Source: Stegostoma tigrinum (Eukaryota). From it: a DNA stretch of 64,000 nucleotides. The stretch lies in NCBI RefSeq assembly GCF_030684315.1, contig NC_081396.1:1922001-1986000 (forward strand). The letters are read 5' to 3'. Of this stretch, positions 50,330-63,300 are shown one piece after another (positions within the stretch are counted from its first letter, which is position 1; every line of letters starts with the position of its first letter). The notes under the pieces are model-generated. The model had not been told where the DNA came from and made no database searches. It saw nothing but the letters and a program-made list of their open reading frames with translations. The position numbers were made by a program, and so were the translations under genes.

Positions 50330-51637
50330 GCTGCAAGTTTCTGGGTCACATCTGTTGCCTGTTGAAGACTGTTGCTGACACGGCTTTATACACTGGCTCT
50401 TCTGTACGTTACCGTGCATGAAAACGTCGAGAGTAATCCAAACTAAAATAGTTTAAAATCGTTCAAATGTATTATTGATTCTGACGTTGGCACTGACTGT
50501 GCAAACAAGCAAAATGACTGTTGTTTGTTCAGCGAACAGAGCGATTTTGCAACCATTATGAATAAAGCAATTCTGTTTAGTAGGAAACATGCAATGTCGA
50601 AATGTTGATTTGAAGTGAAGGAACCTATCTGGATCGCTTCTGCTCTAATTCTGATTACTTTTCTTTTCAATATGCGACAGAACCCTTTAGGTAGTTGAAA
50701 GCACACATCTGGCGAACATTTAGACAAAATGCTCCATTCCGAGCCTAGCACACTGATTTCAATTATTTAATTTAAAATACACAGAGCTCATGACCCTACT
50801 AATAATCGGCAGATATTGCTCTTCACTACAGCAGGTGCAAGTGAAGATCGAATTCCATAGCAACCCACGTGGCATTCATTAAAACAATTTGAATGAATCG
50901 TATGACGCACTGTCCAATGGCAGCAGTGAATAAAGTGACAACAGTTACATTTTTTTTCCAAAACATCTGTTGAGTTATGATATTTGTAAATGTGTGTGAC
51001 AACGCATCCTGACTTGAAAGATAGATTGTAATAATTTTCAACTTGTCTCTGAAAATTATGGTCTACGCTGAGGAGTCAGAGTACAACGGTCTCTTACCAG
51101 CTTGATTCCGTTTAATGACTATCAATGAATGTCTTACCCAAAGTATTGTCGATTTCAAATGTGAAGCTTCCACTCATTCAACATTTCACAGAGCATTGAG
51201 GAAACATTTAATCCACCGCTGAGGAGTGAACGTTGAGTCAGAAATCTGTAAGTTGGTTATTTGTGATGCTTGTTCAGATGAATTCTTTAAAATTGCAGAC
51301 AGAGGAGTGAAGCATTTCACTTATTTTAACTATTCAGTCTGCTATTCCTGTTAATTGGAAGCTGTTATTTCAGAATTTATGGAATGAACAGTAAGTTTTA
51401 CATTGTCATGTTGTTAAAAGTTCGCTGGTGAAATGAAATTTCCATGACTATGGATGAAGGTCATTCTCTGGAACGATAAGAAGAGAAAATAATGAAATAA
51501 TTATCGTGCAAAAATTAAAATACACATATGAACAGATTTTCTCACTTCTTTTGTTCGACTGATCCTTCACTGCTGGTTTGTTCTTTCAAGTGTTAAAGCG
51601 CCTTCTGGTGTGCTGTAAGTGAAACTGACCGGTAAAG

Positions 51638-52153
51638 TTTTTTTTGGAGGCCCTGCCATTAGTCTGCATCAGTGTGGCCTTCATGGCACAAAAGTACATG
51701 ACGCATTCAGAGAAGGTAGCCTCGTTGATTTTTAACTTGGTAATCTTCGTGGATTTAGGAAATATGAAAGAGAATCTGTCAGACAATTCAGGATTCCTAT
51801 GTACAATCTCCGCTGCAATCATATAAACTATATACTGTGGAGGCTGCCCTGCAAGCTGTCTGTACCAGTAACATAAATGTTGGAATCATTTGCTTCAAGT
51901 TGCATGTTAATGTGATATTGGCTCCCTGCTTAACTGTCATTTCAAGATCTGGCTGTTCCACTGTGTCTTGTTGACTCCATTCTAATAAAAGAACAACAAA
52001 CTTCAAAGCCACGATCATTACCAGTATCGCTTTACTAATAATAACACCTGGGTTGTAAACATCTGTGTCTGTGGAAAATGGAATGTTATTGAGAAATAAA
52101 CACTTACTGAAGATTGTGCCAATGATGAGGAGCGCTTCGAGAAGATTCGTAAT
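51638..52153 (-). pseudogene. TCR V pseudogene (paralogue of 26080-26566)
   Basis: Leader 52153-52108 has ATG>ATT. V exon from 51981 reads WSQQDTVEQPDLEMTVKQGANITLTC, frameshifts in CDR1, and ends ...MYFCAMKA. Heptamer CACACTG at 51676-51670. Confidence 0.9.
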
Positions 52154-52559
52154 GATGCACTCCCAGCTTTCCCAGCTGACTTCAGATTGATGTAGGTGGG
52201 TCAGAGAACTATATCCTGTGTGAATTTGGACATTTCTTTTCTAGTAATTTAAGATATAATAAGTTATCGATGTAATTAATTTGAGGTGGTCCTTCTGGCA
52301 TGAGTCATGAATGACTTCAGTGAAGGAAACTTTGGTTCACAAAGCAGCTAATGTATGCGTTGGAGGCTATTTTCAACTGTGTGTTCCAGGTATCGGGATA
52401 GACAATAACGTGCATCAGCTGCTGCTTAGAATGAGTTAAAGTAATGGACATTATCAAACAGCAGAGTTTGCAAAGAAAGCAAATTGATGGATTTTGGTAA
52501 AAAATGCCTTATATTCAGAGTCTGTGAAGTGGTCACCCAACCATGCTTGATTTTCTCAG

Positions 52560-54220
52560 TGTCGATGAAACCAGAATGTGAGCATTGAATGCACTACATT
52601 AGATTCTCAGAAGTGCAGATGAAGTTTTGCTTTGGGCCGTTGGATAGTGGGGCAAGAGAGAGTAAATGGGCAGATGTTGAAAATTCGACTTTTGCAGGGA
52701 ATCATACTCTAGGGCTGTAACACTTGTTAGGAATGAAGGAAGAGAGGACCAGAGATTCTCAGAGGGAATGTTCCCTTTGCAACGCAGATAACGGAGAGGA
52801 GGGGATAATGTGTCTGGTGGTGGCATCTCGCAGGAGGTGGCAGAATGACGTCTGATGATCTTCTCGATGAGGATGAAGGTCAGATGGTAGCTAAGAACAA
52901 GGGGACCCCCATCCCTGGTGCAGGGGGGATGGGAGGGCATGATGGTTGAAGTACGAGAGATGGGTCAGTTCCAATTGATGGCTCCGTTGACAACGGTGTT
53001 GAACAATCCCCAGCTGAGGAAGAAGGTGGATGTTACAGAGGCTCCCTTGTCGATGTTGGCCTCGTCTGTACCAATGCAACGCAGTTGGAGGAGCTCAGAT
53101 AATGAGATTGAGTTTTTACAGGAAGCAGAGTATGTGGATATATAGTCGATGTACATGTGTGACTCTGTGGGGTTATAATGAATGTTAATGGGCATTTTAA
53201 CCCGACAAATGGAAGCACAGATTCAAGGATGTAAAGGGAGGCATCAGATATAAACCAGATTAATGTCAGGTTATAGTTGAAATTGGAAGCAAATTCCAAT
53301 CACTGTTCCAGTTCCAAATGAAAGTCGGAAGCAGCACTGATGATAGCATCGGTATATCAGAGGAAGATTTGTGAGTGAGGGCTGGAAAAGGACTGGAATA
53401 ATGAATGCCCCACAAAACCAACGAAGAGGCAGACATGACTGGGATGAATGCAGATGTGCATGGTCACCCTTCTGACTTGAAGAAAATTTAAGAATTTAAA
53501 AGAGAAATTGTTGATGGTAAGGACGAGAGCAGCAAAGCGGAACAGTGTGTTGATGGCTGGTGTCAGTTCATATCTTTGCTCCACAAATAAGCGGAGAACC
53601 TAAAGCCCCTCCTGGTGGAGAAGGAACATGTAAAGAGATTGAGATAACAAAGTGTGAAGCTGGATGAATACAGCAGGCCAAGCAGCATCTCAGGAGCACA
53701 AAAGCTGACGTTTCGGGCCTAGACCCTTCTGTAATCTGTAAAGAGTTTACAAGTCCATCGTAAAGAGGATGCAGCTGGAATTAGCAAACTAGAAATTTTG
53801 AAAACAACAAGAAGCATTGGAGGAATCACGGATGTATATGTGTCTGTTTTGGACCTGGAAGAGACGATTGAGTGAAGATAGGAAAAGATGAGTTCTGTGG
53901 GACAAGAGCAAGCAGAAATATTGGGTTTGCCTGTACAGTGCTGTTTGTCGATTTTTGGGAGGAGGAAGAAGCGAGCTACATGAGTCTGGGGGACAAAGAG
54001 CTGAGTCGCTGTGGCCTGGAGGTGACCAGATGAAATGAGAACAGTTACCGTAAATATTACAAAGACTTGATGTATCATGGTGGGTTCATGGTCTGGAGAA
54101 GGTAGGAGGAGGTATGTGAAAGCTGGTGGTAAGCCTCTGCAATGTAGAGGTCAGTATGCCAAACTACAACAGCACCAGCCTTATTGACAGGATTAAAAAC
54201 AAAGTCAGGGCTGTATCACT
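52560..54220 (-). mobile_element. Decayed Penelope-like element
   Basis: RFFLLPKIDK..GKPNISACSCPTE (PLE RT N-terminus) and SISLSELLQLRCIGT (thumb region). Confidence 0.78.
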
Positions 54221-54439
54221 CAGGCAGAAAGAACTGCAGATGCTGGAGTCATAGATAACATAGTGTGAAGCTGGAGTGACACAGCAAACCAGACAGCGTC
54301 AGAGGACCATGAATGCTGACGTATTTGGGCATGGCCCTTCTTTTCTGAAGACGTCTCCTGGCCCAAAATGTCAACTTTCCTTTTCCTCTAATGCTACTAG
54401 ACCTGCTGTGCTCCGCCAGCTCTACACTGTGTTGTCATT

Positions 54440-56300
54440 TTAAATCTCATTGCTTTTCATTTTCCTTTAAGGAATCAAGGCCCAGTCGAAGCAACAACTT
54501 GAAGGTGCCCATGGCCCTTTCTAACCTTGCTCTCTTCCCCATCCCCCTGATTTCATACCGACCCCAACCCCAGCTCTTGTAAATTATCCACCATCCCTCT
54601 TAACCTTCAATTCTCCAATGACCAATGTTCTGTACTCATAAAGGCCTCAGTTTTAATACTCAGCACACCCACTTTTGCCATTTTTTGGCACGGCATGACA
54701 TCTAACTCTTCTTCTAGGGTCTTTGCTTCAATTACCATTTATTTGCATAAGAGTCCTGACACTGTCCAAAAGATGCCTTCGCTGAGTTTCAAAATTCTAC
54801 CTTCACCCGAATCCTTCTTCTGGCGTTTTACCTGCACATCGACCTTTTCATTGAGAACTTTTGACTAGATATTAGTCACCTCAATTTCTCTGTCCTTTTC
54901 ACGAAAACGAATCTATATTACTCTGATAACAAAGTGTGAAGCTGGATGAACACAGTAGGCCAAGCAGCTGCTCCTGAGATGCTTCTTGGCCTGCTGTGTT
55001 CATCAAGCTTCACACTTTGTTATCTTGGATTCTCCAGCATCTGCAGTTCCCATTATCACTGATCAATATCTTACTCTGAAGTGGATCCACTCCCTGTGCT
55101 TACATTTAACATCGAATTTATTAGTAAGCCTGTCGATTAGTCTAGTACTGTTGTAGTGTAGTGTACAGAGCTCTACACAGCAGAGGTGCAGCGATGACTC
55201 TCAGATATCTCCACCTATCATCCACCGAACCATGACCCCACCATGACACATCAGGCATTTGTATCATCTATAGTAACTGATCTCAAATCATCTGGTACCC
55301 GTCCCCACCATTGCCTGCAAGGTGGAAATAGCCGAGCCCTGCCCAGATCGCTTCGACCTTCTCAAAAGAAAACATGTTTAAACAGGACTGTATGGACAGA
55401 GACATTATTCTAGTTGCTCCTACCATACAGAACTCATCTATTCCTTACTTGACTCAATCTTCTAAGTCCTGGTCCAATCCCTGCCCATGTACTTCCACAG
55501 TTCCATTCATGCTTTCTGCTGGTTTCAAAATTTCAGGTTGTAGTTTCATGTACCTCCTCTTTCCCATGGAAAGCACAATCGCTTAACACGCCCTTTCCCC
55601 AACAGGAGGATCTTAGGGGTCTTCACTTCTCCCTGGAGCAAAGGCCTGAATCATCCCAATTTACAACTATCCTGTTCCACTTGGCTGAACACGTCCTCAC
55701 ACTCAACAACTTCTCCTTTAACTCCTTTCTTTTTCTTCAGGTTAGAGATGTGACCATGGGTATCCACATGGGCCCCAGGTATAATCATCTTCTGGTGGGA
55801 GGGATAAGTAGTACTCTTTCTTCACTCCCAACACATCCCACAAAGCCCCACGGAACCATCCCCTGCTTAAGCCAAAGGGATGATAACTGTTAATTTACCT
55901 CCTCTCCTCCGACTATCCAGAAGTCCAAACATACTGTCCTGATGAAGAAGCACTTGATTTGCACTTCGTAGAATCCAGTCTACTGCATTTGATGCTCACA
56001 ATGTGTTTTTGTCGACATTGGGGAAATGAAGCGAAGACGATGTGACTGTTTTGCGTAACATCTGCGTTCTGCTCGAAAAACAGACCCTGAGCTTTCAGTT
56101 GCCGATTGCCTTAAGACACTAACCACTTCCCTGGCAAGGATTACTGTCTCTGGCTTGCTGCAGTGTTCCAGTGAAGCTCATCTCCTGCTGGAAAACAAAC
56201 AACATACCATTTTCAGCTCAGGAACTTGCAGGTCCCCAGACTCATTGTCAAATTCAATCACTTTAGGACCTACACTTTCCCATGTCCTAGCATCCTTTCC
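54440..56300 (+). mobile_element. Decayed Penelope-like element
   Basis: LAEHVLTLNNFSFNS..FLQVRDVTMGIHMGP RT motif; NPVYCI*CSQCVFVDIGE GIY-YIG remnant. Confidence 0.78.
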
Positions 56301-56410
56301 CACACACCAGGGCTTGTTATCACACAAACTACCGTTACACTTGTTGTTAGTCGCTAACAGTTCCCATTAAAAGCAATTCACCCTCCTTGTTAGATCGTTA
56401 TCAACTGCTT

Positions 56411-56622
56411 CAGAGATCGTAGGAACTGCAGATGCTGGAGAATCTGAGATAACAAGATGTACAGCTCGATGAACACAGCAGGCCAAGCAGCATCAGCGGA
56501 ACAGGAACGGTGATGTTTCGTGTCGAGGCCATTCTTCAGGGTCCAGGCCCAAAACGTCAGTTTTCCTGCTCCTCTGTTGCTGCTTTGCCTGCTGTGTTCA
56601 TCCAGCTCTACACCTTGTTATC
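56411..56622. mobile_element. Short palindromic PLE-derived insert with 16-bp target duplication
   Basis: Flanked by TCGTTATCAACTGCTT at 56395-56410 and 56623-56638. Confidence 0.8.
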
Positions 56623-57390
56623 TCGTTATCAACTGCTTTGACTTTCAAACTGCACTTCTTTCTCTTCAGGCGCTATTGTTCATTCAATTGTTAATTCCGT
56701 ACCCGAGCCCTGGCCCTATTTTTTGCACATAACCAGAAGTTTTCCCAGCTGCCACCAGTTCTGAGGAAGGATCACTGAACCCAAATAGTTACTTCTGAGA
56801 TTCTCATCATAAATGTTGCCAGATCTGCTGAACTGCTCCAGTACCTTCTGTTTTTGTTCCTGATTTACACCACCCAATGAAAATGTCCGACTGAAGACCA
56901 AATTCCTTGTCATAATGTACCTACCTAAGTCCAAATTTAAAGAGAAATGGAATAAGAATGTCGAAAACATGAGTTGTGATAAACTTTGCAAATATTGTTG
57001 CACAACGGTCATTCAGATTGTCATCATGTGGTGCAACTTCCTATGCTGTGTTCCATGTAAACAAAGGGTAAAGGAAACTGTGTTAGGTTTTGAACCAGAG
57101 CCTCTAAATTCAGCTAAAATAATATCCCCATTTACACATTGAATAAGTGGAAATATGATTGTTTCTTTACCTCATTAGTCGATCCAAATTCATAACATAG
57201 ATACGACTCCCTGTATCAGCTGAAAGGAGTTCTGATAGTCAAAGAATAACTCTACTCACGGGGGCCCTTGAACAAAATGGATATTTTCATTCTCTGGATT
57301 TGAACACGCTACAGTGAACTTTTAGTCTAGTTTAATTTTTCTCCAGTAACCTGTTGCCAGGTGAACAATATCATGTCGTTATTCCGATAC

Positions 57391-60300
57391 TCCCGTCCCG
57401 TCCCCATGCACTAAAACTAAAAGAAGCTTGAATCTATTGAAGACAGAAGGAGCTTAAAGCATATTGGCTGTCCTCTGATGTCTATGCCAAATGGAAAAAA
57501 ATGAACAGTGATTCTAAAATTATTCAAACTCATCCCAATTCGTGACTAAAGCAATTTCACAGCTAAATCTGCTGATATTCACTGTAATTGTCCTGAAAAC
57601 AGATCTTTACGAAACCCATTGGAATACTATTAAACATGAGAATGTGCCAGGAAAGCAATGAGATCAGGAGTGGATCTGAAATGGTTCCCAAATTCGTGGT
57701 GATATTTGATGCCCTTCATATGAACACGTAACTTTATTAATTATAAATTCTTGAAACAAACTAAAGCTTGCAGTTCAGCAAGTGAACAAAAATACTGTAC
57801 CATTTGAGATGTGTCAATTTGCATCACTGTTACAGCAAAAAGATGTTGTGGACAATGTAGCAACCGGTTACATCCAGCTAAATGTTTTGTGTTCGGGTCA
57901 AGAAACGATAAACTGTTACGTGAATTAAATAATGCAACATTGGAGTAATCTGAACAATGTCAAACATTTATGGGTATTTAGTAACGGCCCTGTAGCAGCA
58001 CGTTGCCAGATCCAGAATGGAGATTGATAGGTTTGCGGTTCCAGGATAATGCAGGCTTCCTTTAAAATATCAACCGGAAAGTGAGATGTAACTCAGATGT
58101 GAAGAAGATGAAACAAACGAACCAATTCAATAACAGCTGATGAATGAATCAAAGTCATCAGTGTAAGGTTCTGTCACATGTGGTTTTGGCTTGCTGGGCT
58201 GTCTGGGAATGACCTTTCTTCACCCAAGATGGAAGTCTATTCAGTCTTTGCCAGTGGTTCACATTTGGATATACCAATACTATAAAGATTAGTGGGCTCC
58301 CCTCCTCGCTCTGGTGATACTTGAGAGAAACCAAATCGTATTGCGATCTCAATTTGCCCTAGAAAAGGTGAGAGTGTTTTTCCTTTTGAAACGATGAGCT
58401 TCTTGGGACTGTGAGGACATTCAAACGTGCACGCAGCAAGGGAATCTCAGGATTTTGACCCAACGTCACTGAAGACTGCTGAAAGACAGAATTGCCACTC
58501 ATTTAGAGGGGAAGCTACAGTTGACATGGTAATCCCAGACCTCTAGATTTTCCACTTGATTTGGTTTATTCCTTGATCAATACCTCCTACCGAATTCCAT
58601 TCCTCTGAGTATTTAAACAATTTTATTAGCGATTGCTGCACAGTTTCCCTTGTTGGTCCATGAAATAACGAACTGACATTGATATTTTTTTCCCTAAAGT
58701 CATCCACAGATCCGTCATTTTATAATAATTCAATCTGTTGTTACTGAACAAATAATTGTAGTGAGTCAACTCTCCCCATAATGGTAATCAAATTCTGAAC
58801 ACGGATCCGAACAAGGCTTGTATCCAAAAAGTTGTTTCACTTCTATCTGCTCGAATCTACCCATCTTTCTGCCTGACAGTTATACATTTAAACTTCATAA
58901 ATTGGATTTGCATTTGAGAGAGAACAGAGAGTGTGGTATCAACATCTATGATTTATTTGTTCACTGTGACCCAGAATAGACTAATGCCAGGGAATTCCAG
59001 CATTTCAGTATGAGTTTTGAATAGTTCCCATTCGCAGTCGTTCATCATCAGCAGAACAAAAGGAACAGTCTGTACACTGACCTGCCGGTGAGGTCTAATT
59101 AGGACTGTTTAAAGTTGCAGCAAAACTTTCCCTTTTCCCTGTCAAGTCAGCGCTAATGTAAGGGCAGTCAGAGTAGATGAACGCCATTATTGAACATTGG
59201 GAGATCGGATAACTTCTCCCTGCAGACATGGATCCCATTGGTGGCATCAGTAATATTGACATATTTACATTCCGGAATAAATCCTTCCAATCATTATTCT
59301 GTCTGCAAAATAATGTTTCAATCCTCTCACCAAATTTCAGCATACATTAACAATTGATCAACTCCACCACGGATAATCAAGCAAAATGGGAGCATACTGA
59401 TCTATGTCCGCCCAACGTAAGTGTGAAGGATGTGAGTCTGATGGAACAACTCTGCACAGGCTGCAGTGTAGCAGCTTTGTGCTGTGGCGGTATTATAGCT
59501 TATGAGGTTTAACCAAGGCACTGTCATTTCTTATTGAAAACTTTACCCTCGACCTTGCTCTCCTGATTTGTAATCTAATCAGTCACAGCAATTTTTGATA
59601 ATTTTCTTCAGAGTCTGTTTCGTACTCTGCAAGGACAAATCATGAATGCAAACAAGATAACGCTGCCACCCTGAAGGTATATTAACGTAATGTCACCATC
59701 AGCGAAATGCGAAATGAAAATGGCATACACCAGAGAGGTTCAGCGAAAGAGAGGGAAATATAGTTAACGTTAAGGGAAATATGGAGAGGGAACTATAGTT
59801 AACGTTTTGAGGACGAATATGATTCTTTTCAGATTTTTTTCATGCGATATATTCACAGTTTTTTTACCACAAGTAGTGTCAGAAAGCTTACTTAACACCA
59901 GTGCTGTTGAAGTGCATGGGTGAAAATTAAATTTGTAAAACGTGATTTCCTAACAGTCTGTCATTCTTTCAACACGTTGCTGCATTTCCCTGAATGACCA
60001 GAATTGCTCTTTTCTATTAAATTAGGAATTGCCCCCCCCCCCCCCTTGGAAATTTTCATCACCTTTTCTTTAATTTGTTAGCCTGTTAATTTAATTTAAT
60101 GCTGTTAGCCTGATCCTCTTCCCCACCCAGCCACTCCACAACAAACTTATACACAAGGAAACTAATGAATCTTCTTCATAAAAGTACTTCTGAAAATCTT
60201 GTGTTTTGTCACCACCTTTGTCAGGGTTCGTGATAACCAATACCCTCCAATGTTACTGTCATACACGAATATGGAAATTATATTTCTGGCCCATTTTGTT

Positions 60301-63300
60301 CACGAATGAAATATCACTGACTCTTGTCCCGTTGGAACGTCACATCCACTGCCCTGCAGTCTGACTAACGACCCATGACCCGCACTGCTTTTTCTTTCCC
60401 ATTTTTATGTCTGCATAAGAAACAATACAAAAAACATTTTTTGGCGAAACTCAGCAGGTCTGGCAGCATCTCTGGAGTCAAATATCAGTTTTGGTTTTGA
60501 ATAAGTAGTTTTATCACTCTTTCTCTCTGTATTTTTTTTAAATCAGTTTGTAACCATCAACAATATTGAAAGGAATTCGTCAGCTTTAATACTCCTCTCA
60601 TTGCCTTTCTGTGATGAAAGCCTCTTTTAAAGCGTTTGTTGTTATTTTATTTCCGTCAATTGCCAGCCATACCGAATTGAGAATTGGTCCTTTCAGTAAC
60701 TTCTCAACATATGCTTATTTCTGTTTCACTTTGTCTCTGTGCATCAACGTTACCCTCTTTCACTCTCTCAGTTCCCCTCTCTGTCCACTTTTGTCATGTC
60801 ACATTACTGTTCTTCGAAAAGCCTGGAATTCAGATAGTTTGGGACTGGCGTTGCTGATATATTTCTACCCTGGTTGGTATGTATAAAATTGGGTTCATAA
60901 TCTCAGGGTAATATGTCTGTTGCAAGGAGTGAGGTGAGGTGAGAATGGTTAGATGCCTAAATGGAATTTCTAATCCATCACCAAACCAATTACAAAATAA
61001 TTGAAGGTTATATAATTACATCTTTAGTGTTGGTGTGAAATTAAGGAAAGGTCACAGCAGAGAAATATAGTCACCTTTTCTGTCCCTTTGTCCAGTCCCT
61101 CCCCAGTTACGAAAGCAAATCATGCAACATTTCATGTTTGTTTCAAAACTTCGAGATAGCGTGATCCAAAGCTTTACTATTGAATTACAATCAATGTACA
61201 CCTCAATTTCCCGTCATGATCGTACCAAATCTCTCTGCTTTTCTTTCGCCGAAAAGGGCCTGAACCAGCCGCATAAAACATCATGAAACTCTTCTGTCTG
61301 ACTGAGCTACACATCAATTCTGAATAGTTTCTATTCAAACTTTTCGAATTTTCTACAGGTAAAAATATTGCCAAGATTACCCGCAAGGGGCTCAGATATG
61401 TGTGTTTGTGGGATGCGTGGGCGATTTTTTCTTACAGTCTTATTCATCCAATACCACAGCTCTTCCTCCAGTATTTCAATTTTGTCATCACTGCGTTTCC
61501 CTCTGTCATCCGGAATTAGAAAAGTCTATCAATCTAGCTTCCAATTTACACCCCACTCTCACATTCACCTGGTTGATATCATACTCCTCCCTTTCCTTTC
61601 TCAAAATCTCTGTTTCCATTTCTTGGGATAGTTTGTCCACCAGCATCCACAACAAGCGAATTATCATCCAAAGTTTCCTTGACTGTACATTGTCACATCT
61701 TATTTCCTGGGAATATTCTATTCAATTCTCCCAGTGCCCCCATCTTTTTTGCACCTGTTCTGATAATGACAACTTCCACAAGAATGCGTCCGAAATATCC
61801 ACCTTCTTCCACAGTCAAGGATTTCCTCGCAGCATATTGAAAAGGGCATGTAATTGTGTCTGAGAAATCTCCTGCACTTTAGCTGTCAATCCTTCTCCCT
61901 TCTCCCAGAAAAGTGAAAATCTTTCCAATGGTCCTCACTAAATCTCGCACTTGTAGCCACATCCGGTGAGAGCTATTAGCTGCTATTTCCACCACACCCA
62001 GTGGGAAGACAACACCAGAGGTATATTCTACTCCCCTCTTTTGCCTGCTTTTTGCAAAGCGGTTCTCTCGGGTACACCATGGTCCACTTCTCTTTCACTC
62101 CCATTGCTCACCATAGTACCACTGCACAGTCCCATGCAACTCCAAAGTGAGTAACACCTGCCCGTTTGCCAATTTGTTTCTGAAAATTCAAGTGCATGAA
62201 CAGAATTTCCTGGTGAGGCAGCACTCTACCTGTATTTCACCCAAAATAGTATACTGCAATCGTTTTCCAGCACATTGCAGAGATGGAGAGACTGTTTTAC
62301 AGCATACCGACGTTCTGCCCGCAAAGAAGACGCCGAACTGGCTGGCGTCTGCCACTTCAACACACCACCTTGATCACCAGCCAAATCCTCTCTCTCAGAG
62401 AATAGCCCCTCATTGTCTATTTTTGAATGCTACTAACTATTGGACTCAATATCTGCTCAAACAATTTTTGGGCTCCCAAATCTTGCCATCTTACAATCAA
62501 TAAAAGATTCATGCAGCACGAAAACAAAACGTTACCTCTAACCAATCCATGCCGAACATTATCCCAATCTAAATTAGTTCCATATGCCTGCTCCAGGCCC
62601 ATATCCATGGCCCTTGTCCATTTATTGATCTAAATACCTTCAAAACGTTGTAATTATGCTCATATCTACCACTTTTACTGCCAAGTCCTAACAGTTCCCC
62701 TTAATAGCTATTTGTTCTCAAAGGCTGAGAGGTTTCCACTCATTTTGTCCCCCAAATGTGTTTGTCTCTCTTTCGGTTCCATTTAAACCTTGAGGTGATT
62801 GCTATCTTCGGCTTAAAGCTAACTGTTTTGTTGCTGCTATCACTGCTGAGAAAGGGTCATCGAAGCCAAAATGTTAAATCTGATTTTTCTTCTCAAATGC
62901 TGTGGGATTTTTTTTCTTTTTTTTTTTCTTTTTTGTTTGTTTTTGTTGCCGAGGAATATTCAGTTTGGCCCCATTCCGATGTTACACTTTTGTTTCTCAT
63001 TTAAAACCATCAGCAATTCCGAAACAGCGGTACCATTTTTGATGTTTTCGCTGTTAGGATTTTGCAGTCATTTTAAAGGTACATATAAGCACAACAAATC
63101 GACCTTACGTGTCGGTAAAAAAAGTTAGCCAGTTGTGTTGAAAATCGCGATTCTAAACCAGTAGAACCCCAGGGAAGGTATATGCCAGACTTATATCCTT
63201 CCATAATGACACCTATTTAACCTCTTTAACTCAAATTCCTTTCATTGGTGATATGTTTCTTCTCTAGATTGACCCAGTCGTCATGTTTTTTTTTTACAAC

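Larger units (their letters stand above)
35376..57390 (+). repeat. Tandem V-cassette copy B
   Basis: Colinear with copy A; lacks A segments ~18410-25010, ~26575-27900 and ~34080-35130. Confidence 0.9.
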
